A program made the position numbers and the translations under genes. DNA of 64,000 nt, taken from contig NC_092345.1 in NCBI RefSeq assembly GCF_963676685.1, positions 106,578,001 through 106,642,000 of the forward strand, in the 5' to 3' direction. Below the pieces are notes generated by a model that was not told the DNA's origin, did no database searches, and saw nothing but the letters and a program-made list of their open reading frames with translations. Source of the stretch: Mytilus edulis. Its lineage: Eukaryota. Positions 24,790 to 39,200 of this stretch are shown here, piece after piece. Within the stretch, counting starts at the first letter, position 1; each line of letters begins with the position of its first letter.

Positions 24790-26970
24790 TATACATTAAT
24801 AGTTAGTTGGCCCAACATTTATCTATAATATATTTTTGAAATTTTAAAGTCATCCTGATATAACTTCTTCAGGGAGGCTGTTCAATATGTCCACTACTCT
24901 GTTGGTGAAAAAAAATAGTTCCTCAGATCCAGACAACGTCGTTGTTTCATAAGTTTCATTGAGTCGTTTTAGTTTTGTTGTCCACCTCTAATAAAGCATT
25001 TGTTACTCTAGTGTCGCATTACCCTTTCAATAACTTGTACACTTCTATCATGTCAACTCGTAAACGGCAGAAACGGAGGGTTCAAAGCTTGAGTTTTCGT
25101 AATCGGTCTTCGTATGGCAAGTCTCTCATTGTAGGCAACATTTTGGTCGCTCTCTTTTGCACATTCTCAATACTTGTAATGTCAGCCTTCCTGTAGGGTG
25201 ATCATATACTGTTTGCATACTCCAGTCTTACAAGTGCCTTGAATAATAATGTAAATGTGCGATTGTCTAGGTGGATAAAGGAACGGCGAGTGAGACCTAG
25301 GATCTGATTAGCTTTATAAACTTGGTTTTGAATTTGATTTGCAAATGTCAGATTCATGTCAATAGTTACACCAATATCTTTTTCTGATTTAACATTTTCA
25401 AGGTCAGTGCGACCGCCTTCATACTTTTTCATTGTGTGGTTTGGAGATTCGTGTGTAGTATTCCTTCCACTAATCGGTAAAACTTTACACTTGTCTGGTG
25501 GAATTTCAATAGCCAAGTTTTGCTCCAATCACAATAGGGTGTCGAGGTCTTCCTGAATAAGGTTCTGGTCTCTCTGGTCGACTATTTCTCTAAATAATTT
25601 GTTGTCGTATGCGAACATGGATACATATGATATAACATTGTTTGGCAAGTCGCTAATGAATAGAAAAACGAATAAAATTTGTCCAAATACAGAGCCTTGT
25701 GGAATTCCAGTGGTTTCATTCCACCTACTTGATCTTGACCCATTGACCTGTACGCACTGTTGTCTTTCTAAGGAAGCTTCTTATCCAGATTGTAGTTTGC
25801 TCACTGATACCATAGTGTTAAATCTTGTGTAGTAGTCTCATATGTAGAACCTTGTCAAACGTTTTCATGAAGTCAACATAAATCGAGTGTAATATACCTT
25901 ATTTGTCAAGTACCTTTGTCCACTTATCTAGGACTTTCAGCAACTGAAATCAAGTTGATCTACCACCCATGAAGCCAAACTGTTGATTGCTAGGATACAT
26001 TTCTCCATAATTTTGCATGCTTGTGAGACCAACTGGATGGTAGTTTGAAGCTGATTTCTTATCTCCCTTCTTAGATAAAGCAGTTATTATAGCAATCTTC
26101 CAATCCTCGGTATCTCCATATTTACAAATGAACTTTTGAAAGTCATACATAAAGGTTTGGCTACAAAAGAGGCTAATTCAAATAGTAGTTTTTGATGTGG
26201 TGATTTGGTTATGTTCAAATTTAACAACAATATCTGTCTTTTTTAGTAAATAAATCATTACTTGACTGTTGGCTATAATCTACCTTTTCCATTATTGGCA
26301 TATTTTTATCATTTTCATTAGTGAACACACTACTAAAAAAATCAGCAAGAACTTCTGCTTTGTCTGAGTCACTACTTGTAACTTTTAATGTGTTGTTTTC
26401 TGTTTTATGTAGTTCTGACAAATCAGATTTGGATTTCTTTTAGCATTACCTTATTTTCAAAAGTTTTTACTATTTGTGATCGCTGTTTCTGCAAATTCTC
26501 TTTCCTGGTCTTTTCTCTCTTTTCTTGTTAATTTTTCAACCTTATTTCTTGCCTTGCAAAATTCCCTAGAGCTATCTTCATTCTTTTTTCCCATGTATCT
26601 TTCACAAAGTATATGCTTATGTCTAACACTACTAAGATCTACCAAGAGTCTCTTTACTAAGTCAGTGTTGTATTATCTTTTGAATTTTTTGGTCGGCTCT
26701 TTGATACATGCTTTCTCACAGCCTTGTTAAACTTGTCCATAAAAGCTTTTAGCATATCATTTGTATTTTTATGATCTAGTTCTTTTCCCAATCTATGTTA
26801 AGCTCTTTTCGCAAAGCAACATAGTCTGCTTTATAGTAATTTAATCTCTCTATACCACATTCTGTGTATTTAAAGTAACACATATAATCATATTTTAAAC
26901 AGCAATGGTCACTAGCTCCTAAAGGGTCCAAGTGTTCAAAATTTGCTATCTTACTAAGTAATAAGATCAT
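24790..26970 (-). mobile_element. Heavily decayed CR1-like LINE (endonuclease tail plus RT)
   Basis: Fragmented minus-strand frames: PLGASDH, KAEVLADFFSSVFT, KKGDKKSASNYHPV, GIPQGSVFG, EKDIGVTID, FKALVR.LEYAN. Many stops and frameshifts. Confidence 0.88.
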
Positions 26971-27769
26971 TGACAATTATCAAATCAAGTATGTTGATCT
27001 CTTTAAAATTGTACTACAAGGTTCCATACTACAAAGGAAAGGTTGGGAATTGCACCAAAGGGGGGGGGGGGGGGGGGGGGTGTGTTAAAAAGTTCATTTT
27101 TTTTAAGAGTTCAAAAATTTCAAATTTCAAATTTTTGAAAGTTTCAAGAAAAAATCTCCAATTGCGCAGTGTTGCCCAATAGATTTGTAAGATCCTTGAC
27201 CGCATTTATTTTGTATCAGAAACCTATATTATGTCAAAAATTAGATCACAATCCAAATTTAGATAGTATCAAGCTTGAATAATATTGTGTCCAAATTTGC
27301 CCCAACTGTTCATGGTTTGACATCTGCAGTCATAACAGGCTGCGCTCAGCGAAGCATTTTAAATACCTTTTTTTTAGGGAAAGGGGGGGGGGGGGGGCAT
27401 TTTTGGCTATTACATGTATCTTAAAAACTAAAATATAAAAAAGGAATTAAAAAAGAAAAATGCTAAGCAGGATACCATCTTAAAATATGTCAACACGAAT
27501 GAAATTGTCATTAAAATGCCAGTCTTTGAAAGAATCAAGCAATTTAGAAGAATTTAAAAAGATGCTTGAAAAAAACAGCCGCCCTTGCCATCCTATTTGG
27601 AAATAACCTTCATCCTGAGTAAGAAATGGTAGGTATTTTGTTTTTACGTGTCTGATATTTATAGAAATCTCTATATAACTTTTCTACACTTTATACAAGT
27701 ATTCCACATTCCGAACTAAAAAAAACATATTGAAAGAGTTGGTATTGCTTTGTTTCATAAAACAGAATG

Positions 27770-28130
27770 GCCAACGAAGATACAAGTATCTTGTCTGAGG
27801 AAGGGATAAATCCTACTTTGTAAAGATCACTCTGATTCAAACAAAAAATTCTCTGAAACTGACATTATCAATTTCTTGATTTCTTGATTGACAACATATT
27901 TGTTACGTTCGGAGGACGTGTTTTTCAACAGACTATTGGCATTCCTATGGGAACGAATTGTGCCCCTCTTCTTGTCGACTTGTTTCTTTATTATCATGAG
28001 GCTGACTTCATACAGGAACTTCTTAGGAAGAAAGATAAGAAGTAAGCAATATCCTTTAACTCTATTTTCCGCTATATAGATGATGTTCTTTCACTAAATA
28101 ATTCAAATGGTGACTATGTTGAACGCATCT
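27770..28130 (+). mobile_element. Penelope-like element RT fragment
   Basis: Encodes QQTIGIPMGTNCAPLL and FRYIDDVLSLNN. Confidence 0.8.
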
Positions 28131-28134
28131 TGAC

Positions 28135-28263
28135 ACCCCCCCCCCCCTTTTCGTGGGAAAAAAAATCGGTTGATTATATTGGGAATCACTGAAGCATGAC
28201 TAGAGCGGGTCCCCATTTAGGTCAGTCAGCCCCCTTCTAAGAAATGTTCTGGATCCGCCACTG
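28135..28263. mobile_element. One-ended (truncated) GC-rich MITE
   Basis: Interior GGGAATCACTGAAGCATGACT and right end CTGGATCCGCCACTG; left TIR is missing. Confidence 0.75.
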
Positions 28264-30224
28264 TTACTTATACAGAGAAAAGGAAATCAACAGAAAAGAA
28301 ATCATATCAGCCTCCAACAAGAAATTGAAAACCTTGAAAAATGGGTCAAAAACTAGGGAATGAAATTTAATGCCAAAATTAAAATATAATGTCATTGCCA
28401 ATGAGACAACTCTCAATCCAAGTCACTATATTTATAAAAGTAAACCATTATCTTTTTTTCTGGAATCTGGGACTAGTCTAAAGTATGAATGATCATGAAT
28501 GTCTTTGGTAAAATTTGCCTAATCGTTCGTTATAAATTGCATTCTATGACACCTGGGACCAATAGATTTGTATACGAGTTTCTGATTCAGATGACACCAT
28601 CAAAGGGGTCCCTAGTACGTTAATAATATACAACATCATCATGAATGTTAATCATTGTTATACCTGTACACGAATGTTTTTGTGGATCGAAGGTGAAATG
28701 AAAATAATGTAGAATTTAAAATTGATACTATAAGTCGCAATGGCATTATCCAAGAAACAAAATCCACCTCTGTAGGCTATTGAGCTACTTTTCGAGATAT
28801 TTTTTAAGGCGGCAAAAGGTCGACTCGTACTTTACTACTTAGATTTGATTATATTTGAAATGGTATTATTTGAGTCTCAAAAAGAAAAAAAGATATCTAG
28901 AATCTACTCAGAATTTTTCTGGTAGTAACCTTTAAGCGCTATTAAAGTGTTAAATGAAAAGAACAATCGGTGTTATGGGGCAAACTATGTTACCCTGTAT
29001 CGTAGGGAAAAACAAAAAGTCCAAACAGACTCAAATTCTTTGGAAATATGACAGTTGTTGTCCATTCGTTTTTGATGTGTTTTGTCATTTGATTTTGCCA
29101 TGTGATTAGGGACTTTCCGATTGAATTTTCCTCGGAGTTCAGTATTTTTGTGAGTTTACTTCCTAAACATGACCTATTAAAGCCTACATCATTAACCCGT
29201 GTTTCATTTTCAATGTTTACATTCTTTTCTGTTTGATAACTGCACACGCCTGATTCTCTAGCTAAGGGTAAAATTTAAAGTTACATTAAAACGGATTCAA
29301 TGAGGTCGAATTATTCACTTGCAAGTGAATAATTCATCAGCGATGTTTCCGCCGAGTTTGCTTATTTTGACAAAATTGAACCAAACTGGCTGCTAAAAGC
29401 GAATTTATTATCATTTCACTATTTCACTTTCATTACTAAATTAAATAAAGTAATAATTTTTTAGATCTCGAAGCTATATTTTCTCTCCGCAGTGTAACAT
29501 TTTTTTTAATGGCCATATCACTGAATTATGACTGAAAGTTGAGCATATTACCTTACAGTTCACAACTTATGATTTATATTGCAGTAGCAAATATATTTCC
29601 AGATAAGTTCATGAAGTACAACAATGTTTATTATTGTCACACATTTGATTCACAATTTTGTTTAACTTTTAAAGAAATAAAGATGATATTACATGTCACC
29701 TTCATCAACATGCATATTATTATGTTGTTTGGACGGACCATGGTTGAATCACTTATAACAGTTTATTTAATCTGGGCATTGGGTTGTCCTTGATTTAATT
29801 TGAATATTCAGTTGAAAAAACGCATTTGGACGTTTTGTGAAATTTTCCATCATGCATTAGGGTTGACCTACTTTGAAGGAAAACTCCCAAAATATTCCGG
29901 ATGACATCAAAAAGTTCCGATGACATTCGCAACGGTGTACATCTAAATAGTGTTTATATAAGTATTTATGTCCGCTTACATTAATCCATTCAACTGATTT
30001 GTTGTTGTTATAACTATTATGACTAAACCAAGTGGTTCATGTTTTATGCTCTATCTTTTTTTCAGTCCGTAGTACATCATAATTGCATAAACAATTTGAT
30101 TATTTTTAAAAGTCGGAACTTTTACACCAACAGGTGCTTGCTCGAATTTGACTGTACACCGTTTTGCACTGCCGACTGCTACAGAAAACATCGATTACTG
30201 TAACGTGTTTGTAAGACTAGAACA

Positions 30225-33200
30225 ATGTCCTTTCAGTTGCAATCAGTTTTAATCACAGATGAAATTGACACTCAGTGTGTCGAAATTTTACAGAAGAATG
30301 GAATTCAAGTGGTGAAAAATACTAAGCTAACGAAAGAACAACTTTTGACAGAAATTCCTGTAAGTATAGTTCAGGTGTCTCATGCATGCATCACGGTCAC
30401 CTAGTATGTGTCAAGAGTAGAAATCTTGACAGCATAACTTTGGGTTCTAGTTATTAATTTAAACCAGTGAGTTATGCTGTCTTTTGCAGAATTTTACCAA
30501 ATTTGTGAAAATATCTCTGATGTTGTTAGGGATATGTCATAATACTCATATGCATATGTACAGGATAGTATCTAGATAGGTTAAGTGTAACCACTTATAA
30601 CCAGTTGTCATGGCACTGTGTCTATATACATGCATGTAGGCTACTACTTCGTGTGTATACATACCATTTGTGCCCAGATCATCTGATGTAACCAGTTTTC
30701 ATGGCATGTCTTTGCCTGTCATTGTTATAAATATTAGTACCCATGGTCAGTTGTACCAAGTAATAAAGTTTAAGTCATTAATCTTCATGAATTAAACATG
30801 TAATTCCAAAATAAAAGTAAAGAAGAATTCCATTGTGTTACTCTCATTGTTTATTGGATGATCTTTTTAAAACACAAAATATTATTTTAAAAATTTCTTT
30901 CTTAGTCACTGGTCTCAAAAATGAATATGATATTATATCATTAGTGTTATACCCTGGTTTATATATGAAAAAAACCCTCACTACATGGTTTCCAAAGCAG
31001 ATCCTTTTAAACTCTTAGGTTTTAATCTGGTTACCAATAGTCTGCATCCTGTCTAGTGGTAGTATATTTGTTAGAATGTACAAATTATTTATTAAAGATT
31101 AAAAGTTATATGTCTCTTTCCTGTTCACTAATCCCATAAACTGTTTACATCTTATGACAAGAAAATCTGCTTTTTTACTTTGAATTTAAAGGAGGATTTA
31201 AAGTGCTTACTTTGAATAATTAAACATGTTAAAGATGGATTATGATGATGTAATTACAGAATATGTACAATGTATCTGTTTTCTGTTGTCATCAGTGATG
31301 TTCAGCATTCTTCATTGAGTTACCTCTCCTTTTTATCACTTCTGAATTTTTTCTCTTCTAAAACCCATTAATTATTTATGCTTTAGGATGGACATTTTTG
31401 GGGCCCTTTATAGATTGCTGTACTGTATGAGCCCAGGCTCTGTGTTGAGGACATGTCTTTGGTATTTAGTGTTGTAAGCTTTAGAGATCTATCTCATTAT
31501 CACTTCTTATTTTTTTTAATAACATAGATTTTATTTAAACATTTTGGTAAAATACTATGAAAATTCCTTTTTTATTGAGTTCAGCTGAATATGTTTTTTT
31601 TTATTATCTATAGAAATATGATGGACTGGTAGTTAGATCTGCTACTAAGGTAACAGCTGATGTCATCAATGCTGGAACCAACCTGAAGATAATTGGTCGT
31701 GCTGGTACAGGGGTCGATAACATCGACTGTGATGTTGCGACAAAACGAGGAATTATTGTGATGAAGTAAGAATCCATGTACAGCCCTGTTTTGTCATACA
31801 GTTAAACTTTTCTATTAAATTTCAGCATATTCACAACCAAAAATATTACATATTTCTGTGTTAAAAGCAATTTTAGATCCACATTACACTGGTTTACCAT
31901 ACTCCATATAGCTTCTTTATTGTTGATTGAGGTCCTTTGAAACACCAATGAAATCAAAGAGAATACCATAATCTATATAATAGATTTAAGAAGAAGAGAT
32001 ATGAGTGCCAATGAAACAACTCTCCTCCATCCAAGTCATAGTTTGTAAAAGTAAACCATTATAGATTAAATGCATATATTTTAGTAGTTCTAAATTTTTA
32101 TTAGTTTCAACAAAAATTCATACATCTTGTTCATGTTGTTACAAACACTTAAACCTATCTAAATCTGGTTTTACATGCAAAATATATTTACTGATTTAAG
32201 AAGCCACTAAAGGAAGCCATAGCTGTTTGTTGCATACTAACACACAAGTAAAAAAAGAGAAACATGGCTTCTTATTTATGTATGTTAACAAATTTTCATC
32301 TTTATTAATTTCAGCACACCAGGTGGAAACACTCTTAGCGCTGCTGAACATACTTGTACATTGATTTGTGCTTTGTCAAGGTAAATACTGGTGAATATAC
32401 TTATACATTGATTTGTGAATTATCAAAGTAAATACTAGTGAACATACTTGTACATTGATTTGTGCTTTATCAAGGTAAATATTGGTGAACATACTTGTAC
32501 ATTGATTTGTGCTTTATCAAGGTAAATACTGCTGAACATACTTGTACATTGATTTGTGCTTTATCAAGGTAAATACTAGTGAACATACTTGCACATTGAT
32601 TTGTGCTTTATCAAGGTAAATACTGCTGAACATACTTGTACATTGATTTGTGCTTTATCAAGGTAAATATTGGTGAACATACTTGTACATTGATTTGTGC
32701 TTTATCAAGGTAAATACTGCTGAACATACTTGTACATTGATTTGTGCTTTATCAAGGTAAATATTGGTGAACATACTTGCACATTGATTTGTGCTTTATC
32801 AAGGTAAATACTGCACATTGATTTGTGCTTTATCAAGGTAAATACTGCTGAACATACTTGTACATTGATGTGTGCTTTATCAAGGTAAATACTAGTGAAC
32901 ATACTTTTACATTGATGTGTGCTTTGTCAAGGTAAATACTAGTGAACATACTTTTATATTGATGTGTGCTTTATCAAGGTAAATACTAGTGAACATACTT
33001 GCACATTGATATGTGCTTTATCAAGGTAAATACTGCTGAACATACTTGTACATTGATGTGTGCTTTATCAAGGTAAATACTAGTGAACATGCATGTACAT
33101 TGATTTGTGCATTATCAAGGTAAATACTGCTGAACATACTTGTACATTGATTTGTGCTTTATCAAGGTAAATACTGGTGAACATGCATGCACATTGATTT

Positions 33201-36200
33201 GTGCTTTATCAAGGTTAATACTGGTGAACATACTTGTACATTGATTTGTACTTTATCAAGGTAAATACTAGTGAACATACCTCTACATTGATTTGTGCTT
33301 TATCAAGGTAAATACTAGTGAACATACTTGTACATTGATTTGTGCTTTATCAAGATAAAAACTGGTGAACATACTTGTGCACTGATTTGTGCTTTATCAA
33401 GGTAAATACTAGTGAACATACCTCTACATTGATTTGTGCTTTATCAAGGTAAATACTAGTGAACATACTTGTACATTGATTTGTGCTTTTTGAAGGTAAA
33501 TACTAGTGAACATACCTCTACATTGATTTGTGCTTTATCAAGGTAAATACTAGTGAACATACTTGTACATTGATTTGTGCTTTATCAAGGTAAATACTAG
33601 TGAACATACTTGTACATTGATTTGTGCTTTATCAAGGTAAATACTAGTGAACATACCTCTACATTGATTTGTGCTTTATCAAGGTAAATACTAGTGAACA
33701 TACTTGCACATTGATTTGTGATTAATCAAGGTAAATACTGCTGATTCATCACTCAACAACTTCCTGTTTACTGAACACTTGCATAATTTTACACTATTAA
33801 GATTATCCAATTTTGGCGGGGGTATCATCAGTTAGCAGTGGCTTACATTTTCACTTGTTTTGTCTTGGAACACATATTAGTTTATAAAGCAATTTTTAAA
33901 GAGTATTGAAAGAATATGCAATGGCTAAAAAAGTTAAATATCTTTACTGAAAATGTGCCGAATAAGATGTCTTTTCCTCTTAGTATATACATATAAGAAC
34001 ATGCAGAGGTTCAATATCCAATTGTTCTAAAAAATTGTCTCGAGAAACATAAGACCATAACATATAGTCAGAGTTATTGAAAAGTGGTGATCCTATGATT
34101 AGTCCACCAAAATTTGCAAAGGACTTGCACAGTTTCAGTATTTTGCAACAGAAAATATTTCCCTCAAAGACCACCAGAGGAAAAAAATTTCAAGAACTCT
34201 GGATAGTATATTTTTGTAGTTAGATAATGTTAAATTCCATTGTGTTTTTTAATTGTCGTAGCTCCATAACAAAATGTTATAAATAAATCTTAAAATTTAA
34301 ATGTAAATTTTTCAGACATATACATCGAGGTGATAGAGCTATGAAGGAGGAAAAATGGAGTGAAAGAAAAGTTCTGATGGGTAACGAGCTTTACGGAAAA
34401 ACTCTGGCCATTATAGGTTTAGGAAGAATTGGTAAAGAAGTGGCTCTTAGGATGCAGTCATTTGGAATGACAGTAAGTAAAAATACTGAAGGAAAGATAA
34501 ACAATAAGTGGTCAATTTAGTATAATTTATGATAAGAACATGTGATCCCTACAAGACATATACAGGCTACACATCTCAATGCTGGCCATTGAAGGATTAC
34601 CAAGAATTCTGATCCCTACAAGATATATACAGGCTACACATCTCAATGCTGGCCATTGAAGGATTACCAAGAATTCTGATCCCTACAAGATATATACAGG
34701 CTACACATCTCAATGCTGGCCATTGAAGGATTACCAAGAATTCTGATCCCTACAAGATATATACAGGCTACACATCTCAATGCTGGCCATTGAAGGATTA
34801 CCAAGAATTCTGATCCCTACAAGATATATACAGGCTACACATCTCAATGCTGGCCATTGTAGGATTACCAAGAATTAACAAACTTTCAAGTAAAGAGTGG
34901 CTGTAAGAGTGATGGCATTTGTTATAATAGTGTTTTTCCAAGAATTTTTTAAGCATAAGAATTCACACAAAATTATTTCATAAAGTTGCTTTTAAATTTG
35001 TTTTTCATTTGACACAATTATATTCAACAGCAAAATACTATTTGAAATTTTCATTTATGACAGATTTTATTGGATATTTCTTAGGGAAATGTTGAGTAAA
35101 TAAACAATGTGACCATGGTTCATTAAAGAAAGATTAAGTCTATACAGCCATTTTGTTGTCTAGCACATCAGGACATATCTGTTCAAAGACTATTTGAAGT
35201 CTTTAAAATATTAAACGCAAATGGGCATAATGAACAACTTATAGTCATAATTTTTTTTATCACAAACTTTATCTCCATTTGTATTTTCAGACCATTGGTT
35301 ATGATCCTATCATTCCTGCTGAAGTTAGTGCAGAGTTTAACACAGAATGGATGCCACTTGAGAAGATCTGGCCACTAGCTGATTATATTACAGTCCACAC
35401 ACCACTCATTCCACAGACCAGAAGTAAGTTGTTGTGGTCCAGGTCATATTTAGGTCTACTTTCTCTTATTAGAAGTCAACAGCTTCTTTGGTTGGAAACA
35501 AATTAGTGCTTTTCTTCAGATAAAGTCTGTTTAGATTTTTTTTAAATATACCTGTTGAAGAATATTTGAGAAATGTAAGGATCTCACTTAGATTGTATCA
35601 TTTTGATATTATTCACAATTTTTCAGGAAAGTGACTGTATTTGAAATGATGATCTAATAGAGATATCAGAAATCTAAGATGACTGTATTTGAAATGATGA
35701 TCTAATCATAGGCGGATCCAGGGGGGGGGCCTGGGGGCCCGGGCCCCCCCTTTTGTGGGAAAAATTTGGTTGATTATATAGGGAATCACTGAAGCATGAC
35801 TGGAGCGCCCCCCCCCCCCTTAGGTCAGTCAGCGGGCCCCCCCTTAAGTACTGGATCCGCCACTGCTAATAGAGATATTATAAATCTAAGCATATAAGAT
35901 AAAAGGGTACAGATAATCCTGATATTTTAATAATTCAACAGAGTTGACAAGACAATATTTATCAAAATTAGTCCAGTATTGAGAAACATATCCAACAAAA
36001 AGACTAAGATTTGAAATTTATTATGCACTATAAAAAAAGAAGATGTGGTATGATTGCCAATGAGACAACTATCCACAAAAGACCAAAATGACAGACATTA
36101 ACAACTATAGGTCACCGTACGGCCTTCAACAATGAGCAAAGCCCATACCGCATAGTCAGCTATAAAAGGCCCCGATAAGACAATGTAAAACAATTCAAAC

Positions 36201-39200
36201 GAGAAAACTAATGGCCTTATTTATGTAAAAAAAAATGAACGAAAAAAACAAATATGTAACACGTAAACAAACAACAACCACTGAATTACAGGCTCCTGAC
36301 CTGGGACAGGCACATAAATAAATAATGTGGCGGGGTTAAACATGTAAGTGGGATCCCAACCCTCCCCCTAACCTGGGACAGTGGTATAACAGTACAATAT
36401 AAGAACGAACTATAAAAATCAGTTGAAAAAGGCTTAACTCATCAGATGGACAAAAACACAGTATTCATCAATAACCAAGTACTTATTAGTTCAGATAAAA
36501 TCTGTTGTGTCTTTGTTGTATAGAATTGATAAATGACCAAGTATTCTACATTTGTAGTAAATGAATGCTAAAGCAGTAACTCATTCTGTAAGGTAAAGGT
36601 TTATTTGTGTTTACAGATTTAATTAATGACCAAGTATTCTCAGTGTGTAAGAAAGGTGTTAAAGTAGTAAATGTAGCAAGAGGTGGAATCATAGAAGAGG
36701 CTGCCATCAAGAGAGCTATAGAATCTGGTCAGTGTGGAGGAGCAGGTCTAGATGTCTTTGAAAGTGAACCACCTAAAGATTTCACCTTAGCAAAGATGCC
36801 ACAAGTATTAGCAACTCCACATTTAGGAGCAAGTACCACTGAAGCACAGAAACGAGTGGCTGTTGAGATTGCAGAACAATTTGTTGATGTGGTGCGAGGA
36901 AAAAGTTTATTTGGTGCTGTAAGTAGATGGTTAAAAATAAGTTTTTGCAAAATTACTTTTGGTTTGTCAAATTAAAAAAAAGGGTTTTAGTTGGTCTGCT
37001 CATACTCTTCAGGTCATCCAAACATTTACCTTTGAATTTTCTAAATTAACAGATCTCTTGTTCTGTTGAATATCTACTTTTAACAAAATTACACAATGGG
37101 ACATCTATGCTATGAATTATCCTAAATAGATAGTTTTAGACATATGTAGGTATGTATCACACAACCACTAACAAATGTATTTGTACAAGTATAATTGCCA
37201 TACAAACTGTAGTATTTATATATCTAGCTGTTTAGAAAACAGGTTTGAGAACAGTCTTCATGAAAGGATATAAACATGGAAAGTGTTTTGAAATTTTTGT
37301 CATGATGCTTCAGTTCACACTTTTATTGTTTTATGTTGCAGATAAATGCTCATGCCATGACAAATGCTTTGAGTCCAGAATCTCGACCATGGGTAGTACT
37401 TGGTAGGAAGTTAGGACAAGTGGCAGCAGGTTTAAATCCTGGAAATGTAGAAAATATGCAAGTCACAACTTACGGTATAAAGAGAATCTTTTATTACTTC
37501 TTAATTATCTCCCTTTACAACAGTAAATTCATGTAATTATCCGTCCTTTATACAACAGTAAATTCATGTATTTATCCCTCCCTTTACAACAGTAAATTCA
37601 TGTAATTATCCCTCCCTTTACAAGAGTAAATTCATGTAATTATCCCTCCCTTTACAAGAGTAAATTCATGTAATTATCCCTCCCTTTACAACAGTAAATT
37701 CATGTAATTATCTCCCTTTACAACAGTAAATTTATGTAATTATCTCCCTTTACAACAGTAAATTCATGTAATTATCTCCCTTTACCAGAGTAAATTCATG
37801 TAATTATCTCCCTTTACAACAGATTTTATAAAGGTATTCAGAACAAGTTATGACTTTTACATAAATATAAACATTACAGAACATAAACTAGTCATGCTTT
37901 TTCTTTCAAAGTATGTAATCAGTACTTTGCTAGGCTTATATTTAAAATAACCTGTCACAAGAGATTGATAAATCATAAAATATCTATATGAAGGTAAGGA
38001 GATCTGGTATAATTGCCAACAGAGTTTAAACAAAGTGTATGCAAGCAATTATAGTCATCTATAAAAAGGCCTCTACATGAAAAATGTGAAACATTTCAAA
38101 CGAGGAAACCAAAGGTCTTATTTATAACAAAACATTTTAATATGAAAAATTAATATCATATGACAGACATGAATCAATGACAACCACTGAAATACATGTT
38201 CCTGACTAGGGGCAGGCACAATAAGAATGTGACAGGGTAAAACATGTTTGTTAGTGATCAACCATAGCTTGTTTTTAGCAACTTTTGATTTTTATACGAC
38301 TTAACAGGACGTATAATGGTATACTGTTAATAAATGTTTAGTGGTTTATAAAAGAGGCTTTATATAAGCTTATAACTTTTTTCAAATTCAATATGAAATC
38401 ATTTTCTATTTTATTAGCATATTTTAATATGTATTAATAATGATTTTTTTGTTGCTAGAAACATATTAAAACATTACTGGTAATTGTCTAGAACAGGTGA
38501 CATTTTTGACAAGTTTATTTTTTTTCCAGGACCATCATTGAAACAAGCTGGATCCTACTTGAGTGCAGCTATACTCTCAGGATTACTACAGAACTCTCCT
38601 GCATTAGGAGGAGGGGATAGTCCAACTCTTAATTTAGTTAATTCTCCAGCTTTGGCAAAACAAATGGGATTAACTGTGAGTGCATTTTTATTATGCCCCA
38701 CCTACGATAGTAGAGGGGCATTATGTTTTCTGGTCTGTGCTTCCGTCCATTCAGGTTAAAGTTTTTGGTCAAGGTAGTTTTTGATGAAGCTGAAGTCCAA
38801 TCAACTTGAAACTTAGTACACTTGTTGCTTATGATATGATCTTTCTAATTTTAAAGCCAAATTAGACTTTTGACCCCAATTTCACGGTCCACTGAACATT
38901 GAAAATGAAAATGGGAGTTTCAGGTTAAAGTTTTTGGTCAAGGTAGTTTTTGATGAAGCTGAAGTCCAATCAACTTGAAACTTAGTACACTTGTTGCTTA
39001 TGATATGATCTTTCTAATTTTAAAGCCAAATCCGACTTTTGACCCCAATTTCACGGTCCACTGAACATAGAAAATGAAAGTGGGAGTTTCAGGTTAAAGT
39101 TTTTGGTCGAGGTAGTTTTTGATGAAGCTGATGTCCAATCAACTTGAAACTTAGTACACTTGTTGCTTATGATATGATCTTTTTAATTTTAAAGCCAAAT

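Noticed and set aside
34543-34876. 67-bp repeat as another exon-derived array
   Set aside because: Only a 9-bp match (CTGGCCATT) to exon 4, and it does not overlap a junction.
36415-36450. CTGATGAG on the minus strand as a hammerhead core
   Set aside because: No GAAA follows the putative stem II.
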